Of a stretch of 24,000 bases of DNA, positions 1 through 8,167 are shown piece after piece; the stretch's first letter is position 1, and each line of letters starts with the position of its first letter. The notes below the pieces were generated by a model, which was given only the letters and a program-made list of their open reading frames with translations, made no database searches and was not told the DNA's origin. A program made the translations under genes and the position numbers. Source of the DNA: Pseudomonadales bacterium (GTDB taxonomy: Bacteria; Pseudomonadota; Gammaproteobacteria; Pseudomonadales; DSM-25080); contig JBEDTZ010000011.1 in NCBI GenBank assembly GCA_040119265.1, forward strand, positions 86,587-110,586, read 5' to 3'.

Positions 1-639
1 ATAAATGAGGAGGGCGAAATCCGGATTATGCTCGGATCGATCACTGTGCTCCAAACTCAACCACGTTGCCAAATGGCTGCCCGCAGAGAAGCCTATCACG
101 CCAATGGCCTCAGGGTTTAGCTGGTAGGTATCAGCCAACTGGTGGAGTCGCAGCATGCCCTGCCGAGCATCGGCTAATGGGACCTCCCAGGGAGTATTGG
201 AGTGAATGGGGTTAGGAATACGGTATTTCAAAACAGCTGCATTAATGCCCTGACTGGCAAAGTACTGCGCTACATCATGACCTTCATGATAAATCGCTTC
301 CACCGTATAGCCGCCGCCCGGAAAAATGAGTAGCGTCACACCTGTGTTCTCGCCTTCCGCCGGGTAAAAGCTCAGGGTGGGCTGGCTAACCTCATAGGCA
401 CATTGCACGCCAAAACAATCAGCTTCGAATTCGGTATTTTCGGCGTTCAAGGCCATGGGGATGGCCCCGCTCCAGAGCGGTATTTCTAATGCCGGGCTGG
501 TCGCCTTGGGGCTAACCTTCGTTAGCTCCGGTTCTTCGGCTTGAGCGTAGGCAGAACAAGCGCCTGCCAAGACGAATATCACCAAAGAAGCTGTTCGTCT
601 CGCTACTGTGAACAAATCACCGATTGCCTTAACCAACAT
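1..639 (-). CDS. Alpha/beta-hydrolase fold esterase/lipase, probably secreted (N-terminal part only; C-terminus runs off the window start)
   Basis: Manual minus-strand translation from ATG at 639..637 (AGGGGA SD-like ~8 nt upstream) stays open to position 1: MLVKAIGDLFTVARRTASLVIFVLAGACSAYAQAEE... It has a signal-peptide-like N-terminus, a LIFPGGGY oxyanion-hole-like motif and a GFSAGSH (G-x-S-x-G) nucleophile elbow. It is absent from the ORF track, presumably because the window edge truncates it. Confidence 0.7.
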   Translation of the reverse strand, partial: MLVKAIGDLFTVARRTASLVIFVLAGACSAYAQAEEPELTKVSPKATSPALEIPLWSGAIPMALNAENTEFEADCFGVQCAYEVSQPTLSFYPAEGENTGVTLLIFPGGGYTVEAIYHEGHDVAQYFASQGINAAVLKYRIPNPIHSNTPWEVPLADARQGMLRLHQLADTYQLNPEAIGVIGFSAGSHLATWLSLEHSDRSEHNPDFALLIY

Positions 640-1004
640 GATAGTTATCCCCTTTTATAATTGAGTAACGCTATCAGCCCGCAAATCATGCTGCAAATGG
701 GTAGTTTTCAGCTGCCGATGAATGGAATTCAACCATGACGACAACTCAAGTTATGGGAGCCGCTCGTTACCAACAGATATCACCGCATAACCCTGTGGGT
801 AACTCCTAGGCTTCCCCACAACACAGTACTTCAGAGCAATGGTTGGGAAGTAACCAGTGGCAAAAAAACGCCAAATGTAGTGTAGGAAAAGCAGACAGAT
901 GGTTGTTTTATTAATCAATTCACTACCAAGGGGTAGGTGACTTTGAATACGGAAGGTCACACTATTGATTGAATCAACACAAACTGAATAGAGGCCTAAC
1001 CACT

Positions 1005-1023
1005 TGATGCGCGATGCGCATCA
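1005..1023 (+). promoter_or_regulatory. Possible higBA operator: tandem GATGCGC GATGCGC with perfect palindrome GATGCGCATC (1013-1022)
   Basis: The palindrome lies 15 nt upstream of the higB ATG. A second palindrome, TTGATTgAATCAA, is at 965-977. Type II TA operons are normally autorepressed at palindromes like these. No promoter hexamers were confidently assigned. Confidence 0.3.
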
Positions 1024-1037
1024 TGATAGTATGAATA

Positions 1038-1316
1038 ATGATCAAATCCTTTAAACACAAAGGTCTTCAAAAGTACTTCGTACTTGGCAGTACTGCGGGG
1101 ATCCAGAGTAATCACGCTAAACGCCTTAAGATACAACTAGCCGCACTGGATACCGCTCAAATCATAGAAGATATGGATTTACCTGGTTACCAACTGCATG
1201 CTTTAAAAGGTACCCGAGATGGTATTTGGTCAATCTCAGTAAATGGTAATTGGCGGATTACCTTTGAATTTAAAGATGGGAATGTATTTATACTAAATTA
1301 CGAGGACTATCATTAA
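1038..1316 (+). CDS. higB: HigB-family (RelE-fold, plasmid-maintenance killer) type II toxin
   Basis: 92 aa. The N-terminal MIKSFKHKGLQKYF and C-terminal NWRITFEFKDGNVFILNYEDYH are hallmark HigB-like toxin blocks. The toxin gene comes first and overlaps the antitoxin gene by 1 nt (TAATG), the typical reversed hig order. Confidence 0.85.
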   Translation: MIKSFKHKGLQKYFVLGSTAGIQSNHAKRLKIQLAALDTAQIIEDMDLPGYQLHALKGTRDGIWSISVNGNWRITFEFKDGNVFILNYEDYH

Positions 1317-1609
1317 TGAGCATGTTCAACCCCCCTCACCCAGGTGAGTTCATCAAAGCTACCTACCTTGAACCCTTCGGATTTAGCTGTCGTTTCCTCG
1401 CTAAACAACTGGACGTAGCTTCATCTACCTTAAACCGCATCTTGAAGGGTCAAAGTGGCATTACACCTGAAATGGCGCTGAGGCTGTCAAAGGCGGTAGG
1501 TCGCTCACCCGATAGCTGGCTAGCAATGCAAGGCAACTACGACCTCTGGCAAGCTAAACAACACCTTGATCTAGCTAAAGTTCATACGGTTTCATTTGAA
1601 GCCGCCTAG
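1316..1609 (+). CDS. higA: HigA-family antitoxin (XRE-type HTH)
   Basis: 97 aa. HPGEFIK...LAKQLDVASSTLNRILKGQSGITPEMALRLSKAVGRSPDSWLAMQGNYDLW matches the HigA/VapI antidote pattern (HPGE...HTH...WL.MQ..YDL). It is translationally coupled to higB. Confidence 0.85.
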   Translation: MSMFNPPHPGEFIKATYLEPFGFSCRFLAKQLDVASSTLNRILKGQSGITPEMALRLSKAVGRSPDSWLAMQGNYDLWQAKQHLDLAKVHTVSFEAA

Positions 1610-1776
1610 CAGGCCTAGCTCCGAAACTGTTCGCAAAGCTCCACGAAGGGAATTTAATCGCTGGATAGGCAACCAAACTGCTGGTTAAATTAGCTGAGCA
1701 GGCAACCTGTGTAAAATTGGCTACGCTTAATCACAAGTATTTAGACACCTAGATGAATAAACAGGGAAAACTAGTT

Positions 1777-2376
1777 ATGACCGAAGTCACCGCCATTTGG
1801 CCTGTCATCATTGCGTTAGCCGCCGTTGTAAATGGTATGGGGCTAGTCCGTATCATTGGTGGTCTTGGCGAATTCGTGAAACAGAGAAAGACCGTTACCG
1901 TAGAGCCTTTTTGGCCATTTTATCTGTTAACCCTGTGTCAGCTCATGGCACATCTGCTGCTTTGGTGGTCCATTCTCGGGATGCGTTCCATTGCCCAAAT
2001 CAACTTCTTAATTTATCTCTATCTGTTAGTGGGCCCTACACTCCTATTCCTCTGTACTTCGCTCATGGTGCCGGAGATTGAGGACTCGAAGGTAAACCTA
2101 AAAGCCAGCTTCTTAGAATTCCGTGGCGTTTTCTTTGCCATCTCAACGCTATTTTGGGGCTGGGCGCTCTGCTTCATGCCCTTTTTCATTGGACAAATAG
2201 CACCAACCGCACCCATTTTCTTAGGCTTCATCCTATGCTCTATAGCGCTATGGTGGTCCGATAACACCACCATCATCAAACTTGGTGTTGTTGGCTACGC
2301 GGTGCTATATATCGTCTTTATCGCGCTCTACGGCATGGAGTTTGGGAGTGTGGCCAGCAATATTACCTCTCAGTAG
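1777..2376 (+). CDS. Hypothetical polytopic inner-membrane protein
   Basis: The ORF track gives 1753..2376. I prefer the internal ATG at 1777 (MTEVTAIW...), which has AGGGA about 7 nt upstream, whereas 1753 has no SD. The protein has about 6 hydrophobic segments and no motif I recognise. Confidence 0.5.
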   Translation: MTEVTAIWPVIIALAAVVNGMGLVRIIGGLGEFVKQRKTVTVEPFWPFYLLTLCQLMAHLLLWWSILGMRSIAQINFLIYLYLLVGPTLLFLCTSLMVPEIEDSKVNLKASFLEFRGVFFAISTLFWGWALCFMPFFIGQIAPTAPIFLGFILCSIALWWSDNTTIIKLGVVGYAVLYIVFIALYGMEFGSVASNITSQ

Positions 2377-2396
2377 CCACCTGCCGAGGTGCGGGG

Positions 2397-3242
2397 CTAC
2401 TTCGTTGATGCATTAGCGCTGTCATCGCTTGACGGCGTTTTTTGCTTTCTAGGAGTGGTATAAAACGGCCAAATCAGCTGCTCCTTCCAGTCTGCTCTTA
2501 GCATCCCCGAGACTCCGTAACGCACTGGATATTTGCGAGTAATCTTCGCGGTGCCAAATAGAACATCCCAGAAGAACAATAGATTTCCGTAGTTACCTTT
2601 ATAGGTGGTGATGCCATCACTCGGGTCTAGGCCGTGGTGGGCTGAATGGGTGGAGGGAGTTGAAATAGTGCGCTCAATCACCCACGTTAGCGGGTTCAGC
2701 CAGGGGCGATTGTATAGAAAACGATCCCACTTCCATTCCGAATGAGCACCATATATCACCGTCATTTTCACCACCAAATACACGGCGTAGACTTCACCAA
2801 AACCCAGGTAAATCATGACTCCTGATAGCCAGAGTGACGGCATCATTGCGTAGTAGAAGATGTTATTACGGTAGACAATCCGAATACTCATATACTTACC
2901 GTTATGGTGAGCACGATGTAATTTGTACAGCGGAATGAAGGTGTGGGACATTCTGTGCCACCAGTATTGCATCATGTCATCAAACACCAGTAGTAGTAGG
3001 ATCTGGAAGGCAATAGCGGTACCGGCAAGGGCATTACGATATTCAGGTAATACGGAGCCTAACAGATAGCTCACGGTGAAAATGATGGTTGGCTGGGTTA
3101 CGGCGACCACCAGCAAGGTGCTAATAGCCTCAACGCGAGCGTCGTCGCTAACTTCACCGTCACGGCGAAACAACTTACCGCGCCATGCCTCAAGTAGTGC
3201 AAAGCCGGCAAAGATAAAGAGAATAATTACTTCGATTTTCAT
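2397..3242 (-). CDS. Fatty acid hydroxylase / sterol desaturase superfamily membrane protein
   Basis: It carries the three His boxes of the di-iron membrane hydroxylase family: HRMSH, HRAHH and HSAHH. The N-terminus is hydrophobic. The track start at 3257 is TTG; the ATG at 3242 (MKIEVIILF) is preferred. Confidence 0.8.
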   Translation of the reverse strand: MKIEVIILFIFAGFALLEAWRGKLFRRDGEVSDDARVEAISTLLVVAVTQPTIIFTVSYLLGSVLPEYRNALAGTAIAFQILLLLVFDDMMQYWWHRMSHTFIPLYKLHRAHHNGKYMSIRIVYRNNIFYYAMMPSLWLSGVMIYLGFGEVYAVYLVVKMTVIYGAHSEWKWDRFLYNRPWLNPLTWVIERTISTPSTHSAHHGLDPSDGITTYKGNYGNLLFFWDVLFGTAKITRKYPVRYGVSGMLRADWKEQLIWPFYTTPRKQKTPSSDDSANASTK

Positions 3243-3331
3243 AATCGCCAAACTCAATTGATTGTAAGAGCTGTCATCCTATCCCGAGACTATGCTATAA
3301 AATATATCATTGTATAGATTTTAGGTATTTC

Positions 3332-3979
3332 ATGATTTCAGCTAACCTGTCACCTCAGCTTCTTCCCAGTGAACATCTAGACGCTGTTGCCACCCTGTGT
3401 CCGTGCATACGCTACACAAAAGGTGAGGTCATCCACGCGCGGAACGACGAAAAGCCGGGCTTCTCAATTATCACTCGAGGGAACGTGAAGGTGGGTAACT
3501 ATGACACGCAGGGCAACTACCTGTTAACTCAGGTTTTAGGGGAGCTAGAGATTTTCGGCGAAATCACCCTGTTCACCCATTACGCCCGAAGTCATACGGT
3601 TGAGGCGCTTTCGGATTGTGAGATTATTCAAGTTAGCCGTGAAAACTATGAGCGCTACGCCGTTCAATCACCCTCTATTAAAGATGTGATGCTAAGCATG
3701 CTGGCGGAGAAGTTACGCACCTGTGTGGATTTAATGGATGACCTACGCCATCTCACGGTTACTCAGCGCCTTGCCAAATTGCTGCTAAATTTCGCCGCGG
3801 CCAAAGATGCCTCACATGTGAAACTGCGCCAAAGTGATCTGGCCGATCATCTAGGCCTGACGGTACTTACTGTTCACCGAGCGCTAAAGCGACTGGCCAG
3901 TGAAGGGCTCATCGAGCTGAAATATGGTGGTATAGAAGTCGTCAATGCCTCAGAACTAGCGCGCTTTGCGCAGCGCTAG
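3332..3979 (+). CDS. Crp/Fnr-family transcriptional regulator
   Basis: 215 aa. The N-terminal half resembles a cNMP-binding beta-roll (GEVIHARNDEKPGFSIITRGNVKV...FGEITLF). The C-terminal HTH is RQSDLADHLGLTVLTVHRALKRLASEGLI. It is divergent from the hydroxylase gene. Confidence 0.8.
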   Translation: MISANLSPQLLPSEHLDAVATLCPCIRYTKGEVIHARNDEKPGFSIITRGNVKVGNYDTQGNYLLTQVLGELEIFGEITLFTHYARSHTVEALSDCEIIQVSRENYERYAVQSPSIKDVMLSMLAEKLRTCVDLMDDLRHLTVTQRLAKLLLNFAAAKDASHVKLRQSDLADHLGLTVLTVHRALKRLASEGLIELKYGGIEVVNASELARFAQR

Positions 3980-4072
3980 TGCCGAGTCATTCGCAGAGAT
4001 CAACCGTAGCATAAGCGCGTTACACATCAGCTCTTAACCCTTACGGTTTCTAGTTCTTAAAGTTTACAGCCG

Positions 4073-5173
4073 CTAGCTATTAAACTGGTAGAGACTAACT
4101 TGGCTATTCACCTGCCCCTCAAGGCGAACTGAACATTCCCCCCACGTACTTGGAATGGTAAAAGCGCCCTGCCCCTGATAGTCGTAGCGTTTGTATTTGC
4201 CACTACAGCGAAGTTCGAAAGCTGATATCTCACCAGACTCAACCGCAAACTCAAAGACCGGACGGGAAAGTCGATAAGACCATGTTCCTCGTTCACTGAG
4301 GTCACCCTTAGCGATAAGGTACTCCTGTTCAGCGAGTCGCAATTCAAGGGTATCTGCGAGTTCAAGCAACGAACTTAGCCCCTCCTCGTTCCTCAACTCC
4401 CCGGGAATTTTCTCCGCAAGCTCCGCGGCATCAAGATACTGTTGGCTATCCAGCATAATTGCGAACGCTCGCTGAAATAGGATAGTTGTGTTCTCCACGC
4501 TCAATCGGTCTGGCCCCCAATCGTTTGCTCCCCAACTGATTGCCCGCTTATATTCCGAAAGCGCCGAAATACTATCGCCTTGCTGCTCGAAATTAAGGCC
4601 ACTCAGCAGTCGATAGTTCGCTTCCTCATAGAAATTAGTGAGCTCCATTTCTTCAAGCTGGCTAACGAACTCCGAAAAGGCGTCGAAATTTTCCGCTTTA
4701 TAGGCTTCAACCGCGTCGTTACTGATGCTCACAAAACGCGACGACCCGCCCTGAGATGAATCCCCAAACATAAAGGTGAACATATTACTATTGTCACAGG
4801 ATTCAATAGGCTCCCCGTTGAGCATCGCCGGCTCATACTTTCGCTTTAATGCCGCTTTAAGTGCTTCGCGTTCGAAATAGGAGCTACCACTGGAATCCTC
4901 GATCACAGCATGAGCCACGTTGCCCTCGGTATCGATGACATAACTCACTGTCGCCCAGCCTTCCCGGCCTCGGCGCAGCTCCCTACGTGGGTACTGGGGT
5001 GCTACAGGACGAAGGATTTGCGGTTCAATAAATTCGCTGACCGAGCGCGCGACCTCAACGGGTGCCAACGTGTCCTGAGACGCCTCAACAGCGGGTACAG
5101 TTTGACTCGAAGAGGTTCCATCGACATTACCGGGAGCCGCCACAGCGGCTGCCATCACAAGTGTTGCAAGCAT
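4073..5173 (-). CDS. TonB C-terminal-domain protein with a long helical-repeat (TPR-like) C-terminal extension
   Basis: 366 aa with a hydrophobic N-terminus (MLATLVMAAAVAAPG). The TonB_C signature PQYPRRELRRGREGWATVSYVIDTEGNVAHAVIEDSSGSSYFEREALKAALKRKYEP sits near the N-terminus and is followed by about 240 aa. AAGGA SD precedes the ATG. Confidence 0.7.
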   Translation of the reverse strand: MLATLVMAAAVAAPGNVDGTSSSQTVPAVEASQDTLAPVEVARSVSEFIEPQILRPVAPQYPRRELRRGREGWATVSYVIDTEGNVAHAVIEDSSGSSYFEREALKAALKRKYEPAMLNGEPIESCDNSNMFTFMFGDSSQGGSSRFVSISNDAVEAYKAENFDAFSEFVSQLEEMELTNFYEEANYRLLSGLNFEQQGDSISALSEYKRAISWGANDWGPDRLSVENTTILFQRAFAIMLDSQQYLDAAELAEKIPGELRNEEGLSSLLELADTLELRLAEQEYLIAKGDLSERGTWSYRLSRPVFEFAVESGEISAFELRCSGKYKRYDYQGQGAFTIPSTWGECSVRLEGQVNSQVSLYQFNS

Positions 5174-5280
5174 GTTAAAAGTCCTTTTTATCTACTCTCG
5201 CCCTATCTGACGAGTATTTAGTTAGCCCTAAATATTATCAAGTACCCAATCCGAGGAACAGGCGCGAATGTTGTCGAATC

Positions 5281-6744
5281 TCACAGTCCGCTAGACTGAA
5301 TTAGATGCAGCTGTGTCTGCCGACCCGATAGAAACTCAATGTCTTTACCGTCAAAAAACGCATCCTCTTCCAACATAATACGGATGACCTGGCCGTCCCA
5401 CTCGGGTATTTCAGCACTCACATTAAGCTCAATGGAATAGGCGGTATTGGGATAGATTGGATAATCCCCGGCTATCGGCACCCCACCCTGAGAATCCCAC
5501 ATGCCAATCGTAGGGCCTGCAGCGTGACCATGCAGCCCAAGTGGATGAGTGTAAATGCTAGGCACTAAGCCCTCAGCCTTGGCAGTCGCCAACGAGGATG
5601 CCAAGAGTTCATTACCCGTCACCCCCACCGCAAAGCCAGACATCAGAATATCCTGTAAACGATTGCCCTGCGCCAGGGCATTTTGCAGGCCTACTGGTGC
5701 GGACTGTTCGCCTTCCTTCAGCACATAGGCGTGCTGTTGCTGATCGGTATTAAGGCGCAGATACACTACGCCGAAGTCTACGTGCAACAGATCGCCGGGC
5801 TGTACCACATTCTCTGCAACGCCATTACTAAAGGTTTCGATCTGGTCGAATTCGGCACCATCGTTACGCTGAAGCGACACGGATGGATGAAACCAATTGC
5901 CTAGATTAAGTGCCCCCGATTGCTCGCGTAACCACCAGGCAATATCGTCGGTAGTGGTTACCCCGGGCGTAACCACTGCATTCGAAAAGGCCGTGGCAAT
6001 GAGTTCATGACCTAAGCCCACCAGCGATTGAAAGATCTCGACTTCACTGGCACTGCGGGTCTCTAACCACCCCAAGGCTAGTGGCTGTGCCGAGACAAGC
6101 TTGTCGCGCTGAGTGGGCGTTAACGCCTGACTAAACTGTTCGTATTCACTGGCACTCATTCCGTCTGCCAGCGCGAAGTGAGCATCCTTGTTAATCCCAA
6201 TGGCGCGGGGATTCTTACTGGTAATAACGGCGGCTAAAGCGGCCCACTGATCAGGCTGCTCTTCCTTGTTCCACGCTTGCTCGAATATATTACCTACGCC
6301 ATAACGAGACACCGCCAATGCTTCAATCGCGGCGCCATTGCCGGGGTTATACACCACCAACATAGTGTGCCTTCTGGCCGACATCCAATCGGATGGCAAC
6401 AGAGTTTTCAGCACCGGATCCTCATTGTACTCGCGCGACATAATGACCCACAGATCAATCCCTGCTCGCTCCATCACTACCGGCATGACAGTCGCAAAGC
6501 GCTCAGCTAACACCGCATCAATGATCTCCGCACGTTCGCGCAAGGTAGGTAACTGTTCAACGGTGAACGCCATGGGGGCTGTGGCGCGATGGGAGCTCGT
6601 CACTTCAGTCTGAGCCAAAACGGTTGCAGTACTCACACTGGATACCAACAGAGCCGCGGCCAACAACGTTGAAGTAGCGCGTTGTACCGAAGCAATTAAC
6701 GGCCTTGCAGCTGCTACTAACGAAGGAGATAACATTACTTTCAT
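5281..6744 (-). CDS. M24-family metallopeptidase (Xaa-Pro aminopeptidase-like), probably periplasmic
   Basis: The C-terminal pita-bread fold blocks are present: DFGVVY...THPLGLHGHAAGPTIG...SIELN...MLEED (metal-ligand D/H/E pattern). The N-terminus MKVMLSPSLVAAARPL...ATVLAQTE resembles a signal peptide. The start is uncertain: the track gives 6786, and I prefer the ATG at 6744. Confidence 0.75.
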   Translation of the reverse strand: MKVMLSPSLVAAARPLIASVQRATSTLLAAALLVSSVSTATVLAQTEVTSSHRATAPMAFTVEQLPTLRERAEIIDAVLAERFATVMPVVMERAGIDLWVIMSREYNEDPVLKTLLPSDWMSARRHTMLVVYNPGNGAAIEALAVSRYGVGNIFEQAWNKEEQPDQWAALAAVITSKNPRAIGINKDAHFALADGMSASEYEQFSQALTPTQRDKLVSAQPLALGWLETRSASEVEIFQSLVGLGHELIATAFSNAVVTPGVTTTDDIAWWLREQSGALNLGNWFHPSVSLQRNDGAEFDQIETFSNGVAENVVQPGDLLHVDFGVVYLRLNTDQQQHAYVLKEGEQSAPVGLQNALAQGNRLQDILMSGFAVGVTGNELLASSLATAKAEGLVPSIYTHPLGLHGHAAGPTIGMWDSQGGVPIAGDYPIYPNTAYSIELNVSAEIPEWDGQVIRIMLEEDAFFDGKDIEFLSGRQTQLHLIQSSGL

Positions 6745-6868
6745 AGGATAGACACTCGCAAACTTTGATAGTGGTGGTAGCCGCATAAATGGGCATCAAG
6801 CCAAGCTAATACAAAAAGACTACCACAGGTTGGTGACCAAGCAGCAATACTGAATAGGAAGTAAAAGG

Positions 6869-6947
6869 GTCGCAGTAAAGTAGCCTATGGGGGAAATAGG
6901 CGGGGGTTACGCTACTGCGACAACAGGGGTGAGGCACGTCCTGTGCC
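6869..6947 (-). terminator. Nested hairpins downstream of the XRE gene, possibly a terminator or structured 3' element
   Basis: GTCGCAGTA (6869-6877) pairs with TACTGCGAC (6913-6921) and encloses CCTAT/ATAGG. A separate GGCAC (6933-6937) pairs with GTGCC (6943-6947). On the minus strand the large stem is followed by CCTTTTACTT, which is only a weak U-tract. Confidence 0.3.
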
Positions 6948-6973
6948 AGCACCCATGTAAGGAGAGCTAAAGA

Positions 6974-7192
6974 TCAGTCTTCAGTGACTGGCAGCTCCGA
7001 AACTTCCGGAATAAAGACATCCGTAATATCAACGTTAAACACGTGGGCAATATCAAAAGCCAACTGCAGTGACGGGCTATGCTTGCCCCGCTCTAGCGCA
7101 TTAATGGCCTGACGCGATACGCCTAAGCGTTTTGCCAACGTCTCCTGAGACCAGTCTTGCTCGGCCCGCAGCACTTTGATCTTATTCTTCAT
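6974..7192 (-). CDS. Small XRE-family HTH transcriptional regulator (YozG-like)
   Basis: MKNKIKVLRAEQDWSQETLAKRLGVSRQAINALERGKHSPSLQLAFDIAHVFNVDITDVF is a classic Cro/C1 HTH. The ATG at 7192 overlaps the 3' end of the upstream membrane-protein gene. The track's alternative start at 7201 is GTG. Confidence 0.85.
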   Translation of the reverse strand: MKNKIKVLRAEQDWSQETLAKRLGVSRQAINALERGKHSPSLQLAFDIAHVFNVDITDVFIPEVSELPVTED

Positions 7193-7583
7193 GGCTATCA
7201 CGCTTAACCAATAGCTCTACCACCAAGCCATGGCAGCCAAAGACAATAGGTAGGATGAATGCCGGGTTCACAGCAGGTACATCGAACTTATACATCAACA
7301 TACCGTAGGTATAGGAAACGAAGCACAGGGTTCCCAATATCCACATAAAGGCCTCGCCTATCCGCCCGCGCATATATTCATCCTGACGCAGATAATAGCG
7401 GCGATAAATTGCGAACGCCCAGAACAACGGCAATATAGGGATTAGGGTGATAATCACCTTGGGTATTAGCGATAACTCTGTCGTGGCCATAATCACTGAC
7501 TGAATTCCCATCAGGATTAGAAACAACCCCATGGACAGTGCGAACTGTGGCTTACAATTTTTAATTCTATTGATCATATCCAT
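7182..7583 (-). CDS. Small integral membrane protein (4 predicted TM segments), first gene of the operon with the XRE regulator
   Basis: 133 aa and strongly hydrophobic, overlapping the downstream XRE gene. Pairing of a membrane protein with a YozG-like regulator is a recurrent arrangement. Function is unknown. Confidence 0.6.
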   Translation of the reverse strand: MDMINRIKNCKPQFALSMGLFLILMGIQSVIMATTELSLIPKVIITLIPILPLFWAFAIYRRYYLRQDEYMRGRIGEAFMWILGTLCFVSYTYGMLMYKFDVPAVNPAFILPIVFGCHGLVVELLVKRDSHEE

Positions 7584-7658
7584 TGATACATCCTCGTTTT
7601 ACATTGGGGGAGAGCTCGAAAACTCAGTAATGTTCCCGCTTTTCGTGTCTGGCATTAT

Positions 7659-7710
7659 TTACATTATGTCAGCATAACCTTACATGTAAAGTTATCTTTA
7701 CATAATGTAA
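7659..7710. promoter_or_regulatory. Three TTACAT/ATGTAA palindromic operator-like sites upstream of the membrane-protein/XRE operon
   Basis: TTACATTATGT (7659-7669), the perfect palindrome TTACATGTAA (7680-7689) and ACATAATGTAA (7700-7710). Sites 1 and 3 are reverse complements of each other, and centre spacing is ~21 bp. They lie 76-127 nt upstream of the ATG at 7583. Confidence 0.5.
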
Positions 7711-7838
7711 TGAATTTATTACTAAGTGCTGGATGTCGTCGGGGATGACAGTAACTATTCTACAACGAAGTATACAAGGCTATAGTGACTCTAAGCCTCA
7801 GAGCCACAGCCTTCAAACCCCCTGCTAACGTTGAGCTG

Positions 7839-7872
7839 AAACAAAAATAGGCCACAGCAGACGCTGTGACCT
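7839..7872 (-). terminator. Orphan rho-independent terminator (minus strand) within a ~580-bp intergenic region
   Basis: On the minus strand, AGGTCACAGC-gtct-GCTGTGGCCT is followed by ATTTTTGTTT. No ORF lies upstream of it on that strand (7873-8140). Confidence 0.4.
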
Positions 7873-8167
7873 ATTATTGGTTAAGTTAGAGCTCTCAATC
7901 GGCTAAGAGGCTAAATACGCGATCGCTTCAGCGTCATCAGCCATATGCCTAAGGTCTTAAGTCTGTAGATCGAAGCAGCCAACTGAAAAGTTTAAATCAA
8001 TTAAAATCATAAAATCGATAGTTAAATACTATTTAGCGAGATGACAGGCTAAAGCGTGGTATCTTCAAAGCGACGGTGGCTCATCCCTGCGTTAATAACC
8101 TATTTGAGTCGCTATCCCTTTCACGCTATGGTCTTAATCTTTGCGCGTTTTTATAAGGGACTTGGCT

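Noticed and set aside
751-960. 69-aa minus-strand ORF in the esterase-higB spacer
   Set aside because: It has no SD, no recognisable motif and an odd composition. It sits in a region better explained as non-coding DNA flanking the TA islet.
1797-2279. Overlapping alternative-frame ORFs (94 aa on the plus strand, 86 aa on the minus strand) inside the membrane-protein gene
   Set aside because: They are shadow ORFs of a hydrophobic coding frame. The 1777-2376 frame gives coherent TM segments and the others do not.
3332-3979. The local Crp/Fnr-family regulator as the protein that binds the CRP box at 11428
   Set aside because: The box is a perfect match to the global CRP consensus, and nothing in the sequence links it to this distant paralogue. 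Such a link cannot be supported without data.
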